33,392 bases of DNA from a virus (taxonomy: Duplodnaviria; Caudoviricetes), in the IMG/VR virus record IMGVR_UViG_3300044850_000077, positions 1 to 33,392 of that record. One strand, 5' to 3'. The notes under the pieces were generated by a model. It searched no databases. It was not told the origin of the DNA and saw only the letters and a program-made list of their open reading frames with translations. Made by a program: the position numbers and the translations under genes. Positions 1 through 7,389 of this stretch are shown here, in pieces (within the stretch, counting starts at the first letter, position 1; each line of letters opens with the position of its first letter).

Positions 1-379
1 TTCGCCCCCCTCCGCCGAAAAGTTTTTTACCCCCCTTTGATCCATCTCTATATATTTTATAGTTGTGACATTGAACACATAACGGTTGCTCATTGGACTC
101 GTTGTCGCTCCCGCCCTGTCGAAGCGGCATGACATGGTCCCGAACGACCATCGGTATCAATTGACCAGGGTGTCGCCCAAACGGATCACAGCAAAACGGA
201 CTTCGCTTCCGCAAAGCCTCACGCTTTCGGACATGCTCGGCACCGTATCCCCTCTTTGACGCGGACGGACGATTATCCTGCGGACGCACGCGCACGGGTC
301 CGCACAACATGCACCAGCCGCCAACTGGAACAAGTACCCACGGATGTATCTTGCATGGACGAGACTGCTTCCTAGCCAT
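1..379 (-). CDS. HNH endonuclease (terminase-associated, HK97 gp74-like); runs off the window edge
   Basis: Not in the ORF track. Manual translation from ATG 379 (SD GGAGA upstream): MARKQSRPCKIH...RPSASKRGYG...PFCCDP...DHVMPLRQGGSDNESNEQPLCVQCHNYK. If the ends join, it stops at TAG 33342-33340, just before terS. Confidence 0.9.
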   Translation of the reverse strand, partial: MARKQSRPCKIHPWVLVPVGGWCMLCGPVRVRPQDNRPSASKRGYGAEHVRKREALRKRSPFCCDPFGRHPGQLIPMVVRDHVMPLRQGGSDNESNEQPLCVQCHNYKIYRDGSKGGKKLFGGGGR

Positions 380-393
380 CTATCATCTCCTTC

Positions 394-471
394 AAAACAT
401 GATGCGCCCAATATCTTTGAGATATTGGGCGCATCAGTCCAACACATTTTCCCGAACTGGTCAGGATTGCA
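394..471 (-). ncRNA. Structured late leader A (5' hairpin, antiterminator, 17-bp terminator hairpin) upstream of HNH/terS/terL
   Basis: Perfect 17-bp inverted repeat 400-416/420-436 followed by TGTTTT on the - strand. Same architecture as 30974-31056. Confidence 0.6.
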
Positions 472-476
472 AATAA

Positions 477-482
477 ATTATA
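477..482 (-). promoter_or_regulatory. Perfect -10 box (TATAAT) of a putative late promoter; no clear -35
   Basis: + strand attata at 477-482 lies about 6 nt upstream of leader A. Confidence 0.5.
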
Positions 483-563
483 CTATTGATCGATTCGCGT
501 TCTTCTCTTCGCTAGACTTCGCCACTAGCCACAAATAACATAGACTTTGATAAATACTGTAGT

Positions 564-761
564 TTACCGGAGTGATTGTTGTCCTGGTATAAAGCGACGA
601 TACACTTCTACGTCAATCGCGACAAGTCTTTCTTCAATATCACTAACTTGAAATTTCTGAACATTTATCTCAACGCGTAAACCAGCCTCGTTAAGCTTTT
701 TCAGAACATCATTCAATCCTTTGATCTTTTCTTCAAGCTCTTTTTCAAGTTGTTCGTCCAT
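564..761 (-). CDS. Hypothetical protein (65 aa)
   Basis: Strong SD AAGGAGAG before ATG; AT-rich segment. Confidence 0.7.
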   Translation of the reverse strand: MDEQLEKELEEKIKGLNDVLKKLNEAGLRVEINVQKFQVSDIEERLVAIDVEVYRRFIPGQQSLR

Positions 762-780
762 GTCACTCTCCTTTTGGCAA

Positions 781-972
781 TTATAACGCCAACGGTTTAC
801 GTTGAACGCTTTTTAGGCGTTTCACCGCATTGCGAGACACAATCTCACGCTGACCATTCTCAAACTCGATAAGGCAAGAGTTCATCCGACCACGAGCCAC
901 GACACGACAGGCACGCTTATATAGCGTTTGCCTTTTCTCATTGTTTTTCCAAGTGTAATAATATTCAAACAT
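781..972 (-). CDS. Small basic hypothetical protein, putative integron gene-cassette ORF
   Basis: MFEYYYTWKNNEKRQ...RMNSCLIEFENGQREIVSRNAVKR. ATG at 972 lies immediately after the GTTCGGCGTTT core, and the C-terminus reads through the attC-like remnant. Confidence 0.75.
   Translation of the reverse strand: MFEYYYTWKNNEKRQTLYKRACRVVARGRMNSCLIEFENGQREIVSRNAVKRLKSVQRKPLAL
786..822 (-). other. Degenerate attC-like site
   Basis: - strand AAACGCCTAA-AAAGC-GTTCAAC-GTAAACC-GTTGGCGT reads as R'' lacking its terminal C, a 5-nt spacer, an L''-like box, a spacer and an R'-like GTTGGCG. The central region is missing. Confidence 0.55.
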
Positions 973-997
973 AAACGCCGAACTCATGATTCAACAG
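973..997 (-). other. attI-like recombination site overlapping the 3' end of intI
   Basis: - strand GTTGAAT-CATGA-G|TTCGGCGTTT. The core begins at the first base after the intI stop codon and is near-complementary to the R''-like arm at 812-822. Confidence 0.55.
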
Positions 998-1958
998 CAA
1001 CGCGCTGTTTAATAACTGGCTTGTCAAGCGGCGAAACCACACCGCTTCCCTTCATCGTCACGTGCGTATAGATCATCGTGGTTTTTATATCCTTATGCCC
1101 CAACAAGTCCTGGATCGTGCGAAGGTCGTATCCATCTTCCAGCAACTTCGTCGCGAACGAATGGCGGAACGTATGCGGGGTTACAGGCTTATCGATGCCA
1201 GCCTTGCGCGCCGCATGTTTGATCGCCGCCTGTACACTCGTCTCGTATACATGATGTCGGCGAACATGACCACTGCGCGGGTCCGTCGAAAACTTGTTCG
1301 CAGGAAAGACATATTGCCAGATCCATTCAAACGGCGCGTTCGGATATTTTCGATCCAAAGCAAAAGGCAACTCAACTTCTCCGCAACCATTGGCAAGGTC
1401 TTCCGTGTGCTGTGCCTGGACTTTTGCCAGATGCAACAACAGTGCAGGCGCCACCGACTCAGGCAGGCAGGTCACACGGTCGCGGTTGGATTTGGTGTCT
1501 CGCAAGGTCAATGTGCGGTTATGGAAATCAACATCCTTGACGCGCAGTCGCAGGCACTCCATCAAACGCAACCCGCCGCCATACATCAACTGACCCATAA
1601 TCCTATACTGACCGCTCAATTGTTCAAGCGTCCGCATGGCTTCATCGTGCGTCAACACAACTGGCAGGTAGGTTAATCTTTTAGCTCGCACAATATCCAG
1701 GCTTCCCATTTCGACGCCGTAGAGCTTGTACAAAAACAGCAAAGCCGCCAATGCCTGATTCTGCGTTGTGGCGCTCACCTGCTTCTCCACAGCAAGATGG
1801 GTGAGAAAACGCCTTACGCCATCGCTCCCTGCTTCACGCGGATGAACAGGTCTGACAAACCGAACATATTGACGAATCCAATGCAGGTACGTCTTCTCTG
1901 TGCGATAGGCATAATGCCGCGTCCGTAACGCATCCCGCACCGTCTCGAAAAATTTCAT
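984..1958 (-). CDS. intI: Integron integrase (tyrosine recombinase with IntI-specific insertion)
   Basis: N-terminus [21 protein letters not shown] and [16 protein letters not shown]. Catalytic motifs [35 protein letters not shown]. IntI-specific insert [26 protein letters not shown]...[11 protein letters not shown]. Start taken as ATG 1958 (ATGA overlap). Confidence 0.93.
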   Translation of the reverse strand: MKFFETVRDALRTRHYAYRTEKTYLHWIRQYVRFVRPVHPREAGSDGVRRFLTHLAVEKQVSATTQNQALAALLFLYKLYGVEMGSLDIVRAKRLTYLPVVLTHDEAMRTLEQLSGQYRIMGQLMYGGGLRLMECLRLRVKDVDFHNRTLTLRDTKSNRDRVTCLPESVAPALLLHLAKVQAQHTEDLANGCGEVELPFALDRKYPNAPFEWIWQYVFPANKFSTDPRSGHVRRHHVYETSVQAAIKHAARKAGIDKPVTPHTFRHSFATKLLEDGYDLRTIQDLLGHKDIKTTMIYTHVTMKGSGVVSPLDKPVIKQRVAVES

Positions 1959-2302
1959 TCCATCTTCTCCTTGCCATAGCGAGCCATCAAAGCCAGGAAC
2001 GCCGCCTTGCCAGTTTCCCAGCGCTCCGTCCTCTCGCAACCAGGATAGCGGCAACGGATGGAACGCACATCCCCGATCATCATGCAATCGATCTTCGGAT
2101 TGATATTGATCGGCGGGATTCTGAACGCTTCAACCGACACCTCCCAACGAGCCAGGGCGGTCACTTGTCTGCCCTCATCGCTGACATAACACAGGTGTCC
2201 GATGATGTGGCTTTTGGGATATTTATAAAGGTCTTCATGCTTTACGCATTGTCCTGTGCATAAAAAATAGCGGGCGACAACAGCCTGGGTACTTTCCGTC
2301 AT
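1955..2302 (-). CDS. Hypothetical Cys/His-containing protein (115 aa)
   Basis: Start MTESTQ at 2302, ATGA-coupled on both sides; CTGQCVKH and CRYPGC motifs. Confidence 0.7.
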   Translation of the reverse strand: MTESTQAVVARYFLCTGQCVKHEDLYKYPKSHIIGHLCYVSDEGRQVTALARWEVSVEAFRIPPININPKIDCMMIGDVRSIRCRYPGCERTERWETGKAAFLALMARYGKEKME

Positions 2303-2517
2303 GGCATGGTCTCCAATTTCATCGCTCGGCTCGTTCGGATCGCGTCCGCCCGTCGAAAACATTCCAGCGCATTCAAAAAATAACCGCGCTCGAAATACAA
2401 CACCGCCAGGGCTTCCCATTGAAGCGGATCGTTCCATCGCAGGCAGGCTTCAAATTGGGCTTGCAGATCGAACTCCCGCAAACAGATCGGGCGCATGGTC
2501 TGGATGTGATTATTCAC
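2299..2517 (-). CDS. Hypothetical protein with a single TPR-like helix pair
   Basis: WEALAVLYFERGYFLNALECFRRA pattern; overlaps both neighbours by 4 nt. Confidence 0.65.
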   Translation of the reverse strand: MNNHIQTMRPICLREFDLQAQFEACLRWNDPLQWEALAVLYFERGYFLNALECFRRADAIRTSRAMKLETMP

Positions 2518-3401
2518 GCGCGTCTCCTCAACAACGGACGCATATCCGAATCGTTATTCACGATGATCGGCTCGCCGCTCACAGCATTTCGTCCATCCCG
2601 CAAACGTGACCAGATGCGCGGCTCGAGACCAGCAGGGTCTTCGTTCATCGCGAATAGGGTGAACGATATGCCATCCAATCCATCCCGCCATCGTCGGTCG
2701 ATGATGTTCCTCAACTGCTCAAGCCTCCAGTCGGTGATCTTGATCGCCTGCAATTCGTCAATGGCAAGCATACGAATATATTTGACGCGTTCCAGCCTTG
2801 CGTACATCGTTTCGCTCTTCACGCTTCCGTCGCTGGCAAAGGCGTCCTGCAACCAGTTCAGCAGGTCATACGACGGCAGGTACAGCGCGGGAATGCCTCG
2901 ATCCAGAAATTCATTGACCGTTGCGATCAACGCCGCGCTCTTGGCATTCCCGTTCGTGCCCCAGATCGTCAACATCGCCGCCTTGCAGTCCAGCATCTCC
3001 TGGCACGCCTGCACCATCCTCGCCGTGTCCGTCCTGTTTCGGGTTGCGATTCCAGACAGTCGCAGTTTCGCTTCTGACTCCGTGAAATTACATACGCCCT
3101 GCAACTCGACCATCTGTCGGTCTATCCGCTCGCTCACACACGCTTCGCACGGAACGGAAAACATGTTCACCTGTCCATCGGTAACGACCAGCTCAATATC
3201 GTCCCCGTCATAACTGCGGATGTGGACCAGCTCGCCTGGGCGCGCATAACGCCAGCCTTCACCCAGGCATTGTGGACATTCCCGAGTTGATCTCTTCGGC
3301 AACGCGGCGGTCGGCTTCTGTGTAATCGCTGGAAGTTCCCGCTTGCGGACGTCTGGGTTGCTTTGCGCTCTTTCGATTGCTTGTGCCATTGTCATTGCCA
3401 T
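2514..3401 (-). CDS. DnaC/IstB-like AAA+ helicase loader
   Basis: CPQC...PCEAC Zn motif, Walker A-like WGTNGNAKS, Walker B LAIDEL, IIDRRW, RIWSRL; follows the replication initiator. Confidence 0.85.
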   Translation of the reverse strand: MAMTMAQAIERAQSNPDVRKRELPAITQKPTAALPKRSTRECPQCLGEGWRYARPGELVHIRSYDGDDIELVVTDGQVNMFSVPCEACVSERIDRQMVELQGVCNFTESEAKLRLSGIATRNRTDTARMVQACQEMLDCKAAMLTIWGTNGNAKSAALIATVNEFLDRGIPALYLPSYDLLNWLQDAFASDGSVKSETMYARLERVKYIRMLAIDELQAIKITDWRLEQLRNIIDRRWRDGLDGISFTLFAMNEDPAGLEPRIWSRLRDGRNAVSGEPIIVNNDSDMRPLLRRRA

Positions 3402-4056
3402 GTCTATTCTCCGATCTGATCAGGGATGGGCGTTTCTTTTCCGCCGCGCTGTTTTTCAAAATGCCTCGCACGTAACGCCAGTCGCGCTTGTTCGCAGAGA
3501 CCGCGATCTTGATTGCATCCTCGACCCACTCCATCGGATAGGTCTTGCAATCGTCCTCGATAAAATCGGCGATCATGGGCGTCAATGCCCCGAATTCGCG
3601 GCTGTAAATTTCAAAAAAATGCGGCGCGCTTACTACAACTACTAGATTCTGGTTTGTTTGTTTGGGTGACACAATTGTGTCACCCGATTCCGTGTCACCC
3701 GATTCCGTGTCACCCCTGTTAGCGTGACGGGGTGACAGGCTGTCACCCCCCAGTCGAAAACCAAGTTTCACCGATCCGTCATCGTTCTCGACCAGCGGAA
3801 ACGAATATTGGTTTGTGCCGCGTGGTCCCTTCCCGCTTGGGATCAATAAACCCATGCCTTCAAGCATCCTCAGGTATCGTTGTACGGTTCTGGCTGATAA
3901 TCCCGACTCCGCCGCCACCGTGTCAACTGCGGGATGCGCATGTGTGCCATCCTGCCAGGCGTGATCGGCATAGATGACGGCGATCAACTTCGCATCGGAT
4001 GTGTAAATCTCCGTGATCGGGAGGCGTAACACCAACCCGACGATCAGCCCGCTCAA
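3259..4056 (-). CDS. Phage replication initiator (N-terminal HTH, DnaD-like C-terminal domain)
   Basis: HPAVDTVAAESGLSARTVQRYLRMLE (HTH); FEIYSREFGALTPMIADFI...WVEDAIKIA...WRYVRGILKN (DnaD-like); internal iterons. Confidence 0.85.
   Translation of the reverse strand: MSGLIVGLVLRLPITEIYTSDAKLIAVIYADHAWQDGTHAHPAVDTVAAESGLSARTVQRYLRMLEGMGLLIPSGKGPRGTNQYSFPLVENDDGSVKLGFRLGGDSLSPRHANRGDTESGDTESGDTIVSPKQTNQNLVVVVSAPHFFEIYSREFGALTPMIADFIEDDCKTYPMEWVEDAIKIAVSANKRDWRYVRGILKNSAAEKKRPSLIRSENRHGNDNGTSNRKSAKQPRRPQAGTSSDYTEADRRVAEEINSGMSTMPG
3664..3749. repeat. Iteron cluster, putative replication origin
   Basis: TGTCACCC occurs six times in both orientations: 22-bp palindrome 3664-3685, 15-bp direct repeats 3677-3691/3692-3706, partial copy 3707-3715, inverted repeat 3729-3738/3740-3749. 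Confidence 0.8.
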
Positions 4057-4883
4057 TTTTCCACCTCGATCATTTCTGGAATTTCAACCTGAAACCCGCT
4101 CAAAGCGTCGTTCACCGTGCTGACAGAACATTGCAAAATTTGTGCGATCCCGTTCTGCGAAAGCGCGGGGAACGTCCGCCTGATCCCTCGAATGCGGTCA
4201 CGCAAAGAGTCGTCCTTGCCGAACAGCCACCGAATGACATCCCCCACCGCAAAATACCGCTGTTCGGCGTCATTCGCCCGCTGTTCGCTCAACCGAATAG
4301 ACTGTTCGAGAGACCGAATGGTGACATTCGCCTCCCGCAGGTCGGCTTTCGCCCTGGCGAATGCTGGATCGTCCTCGTATTCGCCCTCCTGCATCGTCGA
4401 GAGCGCCCTTGCGAACACGAACGAAACCAGTGGTAAAGCCATACCGAATACCACCTGGTAGAAACGAACCGACCACGGCGCGGTCAGAAACACCTGCAAG
4501 TTGCGGTTCGTAAACTCAACCACATGGGTGTAATTGGCAATCGCAGAGACGATCATCGCAGTCAAAAGGGTGGCCGCATACACATTCAGCCACCGATACG
4601 AAAAACGCCTGCCAGCCATGCCGTCCGCTTTATAACGCTTCGGCATCTCCATCCAATGCTGGTTCAGGCGATGCGTCACGATGCCGATCGTGATCTCGAA
4701 CACGCCTGCCAGCAACCACGCCAGCGGTGAAGCCTGAACGCCCAGAAAAGACCATTGCCCGCCGTCCACATCCTGAAATTGACCGATCGTCCACGCCGCC
4801 TGTGGGAACAAAACGAACAAAAAGGCGACATATACACCCCAGAATAAATTCGTGCTATTGATCTGCTTTTTCATGGTCTCCAT
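4053..4883 (-). CDS. Polytopic membrane protein with coiled coil and C-terminal HTH (SpdB2/DUF2637-like architecture)
   Basis: About four hydrophobic segments, coiled coil ARAKADLREANVTIRSLEQSIR..., HTH PALSQNGIAQILQCSVSTVNDAL. Start at 4883 or 4874. Confidence 0.65.
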   Translation of the reverse strand: METMKKQINSTNLFWGVYVAFLFVLFPQAAWTIGQFQDVDGGQWSFLGVQASPLAWLLAGVFEITIGIVTHRLNQHWMEMPKRYKADGMAGRRFSYRWLNVYAATLLTAMIVSAIANYTHVVEFTNRNLQVFLTAPWSVRFYQVVFGMALPLVSFVFARALSTMQEGEYEDDPAFARAKADLREANVTIRSLEQSIRLSEQRANDAEQRYFAVGDVIRWLFGKDDSLRDRIRGIRRTFPALSQNGIAQILQCSVSTVNDALSGFQVEIPEMIEVEN

Positions 4884-5088
4884 GCTCCAAAAAAAGTGTC
4901 TCCTGCCTTGCATGCCCGTCATTCACAACGGGATCATCTGTCACGGTCACTCCCTCTGAAAGTCCTCTGTCTACAAAAACCTCATAGTTCTTTGCCGTGA
5001 TCAGGTCGCTTGGTTTCCTATCACGGAAATACGCCTTCTGGTATTTCCGCATGTTTCGTACTGCATTCAAAAATTCCTGTAGTTGCAT
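4855..5088 (-). CDS. Hypothetical phage protein (77 aa)
   Basis: SD AAAGGAG; MRKYQKAYFR motif. Confidence 0.7.
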   Translation of the reverse strand: MQLQEFLNAVRNMRKYQKAYFRDRKPSDLITAKNYEVFVDRGLSEGVTVTDDPVVNDGHARQETLFLEHGDHEKADQ

Positions 5089-5126
5089 GTCGCTCCTTTC
5101 ATCTCATGGTGCTACTACTACTACAT

Positions 5127-7016
5127 TCAAGCCGCAACCATGCCTGTTTCCGAGCCTGGCAGGGTGGTAGTAGCGGCGTTCCTATAACTTCGGATCACGC
5201 TCGAGACCTTCGCCGATGCCGCTCCGCCGTTATAGCCATACAGCGCCTTCTCGATCTCACGCTGGCTCGCCCCAGACTGATACATCTCGATCACCCTCAA
5301 TTCCCTGTCATCCATCGCGCTCACCAGCTTCGATGTCGTTACAGGAAGTTCAGGGCTTGCGATCTCCATACCCTCCACCCATTCATCCCGCTCGATCTTG
5401 CTTACAGGTCGGCTTTGAAAAAATGCGCTGATCTCCTCGTCTGTGGGATTGAATCCCCCCGCTAATTTCAGGCTTCCAAACCGAGCCATGAAATAACCGT
5501 CATGCAGTGCGCTTGCGCCAGCCAGCGACCGATGCGCACGCTCTTCATCTGCCTCCACGCGGAAGATGGCTTTGCCTGTCTGCGACAAAATGGACGACAT
5601 TCCCGTCGCCCGCTGGTTGGCAATCACAAAATTGAAGCCAGCCTTGCGCCCTTCCATCACGCCTCCCTCCACCCAGATACGGCATTGATTCGAAGCCTCT
5701 CGATTCATCAACCGCAGGGCGTTCCCCAGTTCGTCCAGGATCACCCATGTTCGCTCACGTCCCGAATGCGTCCATGTGGATTGATGCGCCGCACTCAAAA
5801 TATCGTCGCGGCGATTCATTTCCTCGACGATTGCCTGCAAAATCCTCGCATAGCGCAATGCCTGTTCCTGCTCGGTCAGTTTGTTCACCCGCACCAGCGT
5901 TACATTCGGATGGCTTTCAAAGACACGATAATCGGCGCTCTTGCCAACGATCACCACCCTCTGCCCTGCGGCTAATGCGCAGGCGATCAATGGACGGATG
6001 AAACGTCGGCTCTTTCCCATCCCTGTGGCTCCCAAGACCGCCAGGTGTGGGAAACGCTCGCAGTCAACAACCTCCAACCCGCCAGCCGTATAATACGGAA
6101 TCCCGCGTCCGTCCCAGTCCTTCAGAACGGTCCATTCAGGCAGTTCAAACGACGTTCCCGAATACGAGGCTATCGGATTCGGCGCGTTCAGAAGCCGCTT
6201 GCCCTGCCGAGTCCGCGTCCCTGCATCCACCATTTGCGAACGCTCGATCACGGCATCCTGCCGCGCATCTGTGATCTTCGGGAGTTGTAAAAGAAATTGC
6301 CGCTTCACCCCCATCACCGCGTTCGCAGAACGTTCGATATCCCACGCCGTCCCGTCCAGCACATCGATCATCGGCACGCTCCGCCCGCGTTCATCCATAA
6401 TGTGCGGCATCATTGAAAGCCGCCGCGCGAACACATACGCAAACGCCACAGCCAGGATGAACACGATGGTTATCAGCGTGTACCATCCCGTCGCCTGCAT
6501 TTCCGCCCTGGTCGTCGCGTTTTCCGCCTGCAAATGGATTTGGGTCGCATCCGCCTGCAACTGCGCGAACACCACCGTCATGGTCGCGTTCGGCGTCGGC
6601 GTCCACGCCAGGGCGGTCGCCGTCATCGCGGAGGTCTCGGTCGCCTGGATGCTTTGCGCGGTCACCGTCCATGATTGGCTTCGATAAAGCGAAGCCTGCG
6701 CCGTGCTTGTCGCGTTGATCTGATACGCCGCCGCCGTCTCGGTGATGTGGATGATCGGAGCCTGCGCCGTAGCCGTCAGGTAACGCTCCTGGAACTCCGC
6801 CGCCTGCAATGCCGCATCAGACGTAGCCCGAGCCTGTTGCGCCTCGAGAAACAGGTCCTGCGAATGTTCCTCCGTCGGCGCAGGCGCGCATCCAGCCGCG
6901 GAAATTACGAGCACAAGAATGAAGAACACGCACACGCCCCACATCCAGTATTCGACACCTCGCATCCCCGTCTTCAGCGCATCGTTCTGATCGTTGTCGC
7001 TGTTCCAGCCAGTCAT
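5127..7016 (-). CDS. Membrane-anchored FtsK/SpoIIIE (TraB-like) ATPase with C-terminal HTH
   Basis: Start MTGWNS at 7016 (ATGA overlap). Hydrophobic N-terminus ending SAAGC, Ala/Thr-rich stalk, second TM, PHLAVLGATGMGKS Walker A, IVEEMNRR, WVILDEL Walker B, GRKAGFNFVIANQR, C-terminal HTH SQREIEKAL. Confidence 0.82.
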   Translation of the reverse strand: MTGWNSDNDQNDALKTGMRGVEYWMWGVCVFFILVLVISAAGCAPAPTEEHSQDLFLEAQQARATSDAALQAAEFQERYLTATAQAPIIHITETAAAYQINATSTAQASLYRSQSWTVTAQSIQATETSAMTATALAWTPTPNATMTVVFAQLQADATQIHLQAENATTRAEMQATGWYTLITIVFILAVAFAYVFARRLSMMPHIMDERGRSVPMIDVLDGTAWDIERSANAVMGVKRQFLLQLPKITDARQDAVIERSQMVDAGTRTRQGKRLLNAPNPIASYSGTSFELPEWTVLKDWDGRGIPYYTAGGLEVVDCERFPHLAVLGATGMGKSRRFIRPLIACALAAGQRVVIVGKSADYRVFESHPNVTLVRVNKLTEQEQALRYARILQAIVEEMNRRDDILSAAHQSTWTHSGRERTWVILDELGNALRLMNREASNQCRIWVEGGVMEGRKAGFNFVIANQRATGMSSILSQTGKAIFRVEADEERAHRSLAGASALHDGYFMARFGSLKLAGGFNPTDEEISAFFQSRPVSKIERDEWVEGMEIASPELPVTTSKLVSAMDDRELRVIEMYQSGASQREIEKALYGYNGGAASAKVSSVIRSYRNAATTTLPGSETGMVAA

Positions 7017-7126
7017 CGCCTGCGCTCCTCGTCTGACCTGCGCGCAAGGCGAAAAAAACCGATCACGAATATCAACAAAAAAATACCAACCGCACAATAA
7101 GTGGAAATGCAAATGTCCATTCTCAT
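7013..7126 (-). CDS. Small single-TM protein (37 aa)
   Basis: Manual translation MRMDICISTYCAVGIFLLIFVIGFFRLARRSDEERRR; ATGA overlaps at both ends. Confidence 0.65.
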   Translation of the reverse strand: MRMDICISTYCAVGIFLLIFVIGFFRLARRSDEERRR

Positions 7127-7389
7127 TTCACCCCCTCCTCGATGACATTGTTCAACTTCCTCAGCAAAGACTTGCTCTTTTCATCCAGCGCAAGCGCCTC
7201 TTCGTGGATGCCCTGCACGCCATACACCTTCTCTGCCGCGCGCATCCAGTACACCGTCCTGAACCCGTGCCTCTCGCCCCATGCCCGCGCCGCCTCCGTG
7301 CTCTGAATCCCGCGCATGATCATCACGTAGCCGTTGATCTTCGACGGCGGATTCTTCGTCTCGATCACGTTTACAACATCGGTCTTCAT
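7123..7389 (-). CDS. Hypothetical protein (88 aa)
   Basis: Coupled ORF in the early operon with a GGAGG SD. Confidence 0.7.
   Translation of the reverse strand: MKTDVVNVIETKNPPSKINGYVMIMRGIQSTEAARAWGERHGFRTVYWMRAAEKVYGVQGIHEEALALDEKSKSLLRKLNNVIEEGVK

Noticed and set aside
157-538. ORF-track calls 157-447(-) and 344-538(+)
   Set aside because: They overlap the HNH frame (start 379) and the structured leader; judged spurious.
483-563. Second attC closing the 65-aa gene
   Set aside because: No RYYYAAC...GTTRRRY pair or suitable hairpin found by eye.
1000-1027. Pc-like cassette promoter from TTGACA at 1027-1022
   Set aside because: No acceptable -10 at 16-18 bp spacing.
1959-2087. N-terminal extension of IntI given in the ORF track (367 aa)
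   Set aside because: It overlaps the upstream gene. IntI similarity begins at MKFFET (ATG 1958), which has an ATGA overlap.
5127-7016. FtsK-like ATPase as the genome packaging motor
   Set aside because: A canonical terS/terL/portal set is present, and this gene lies in the early operon.
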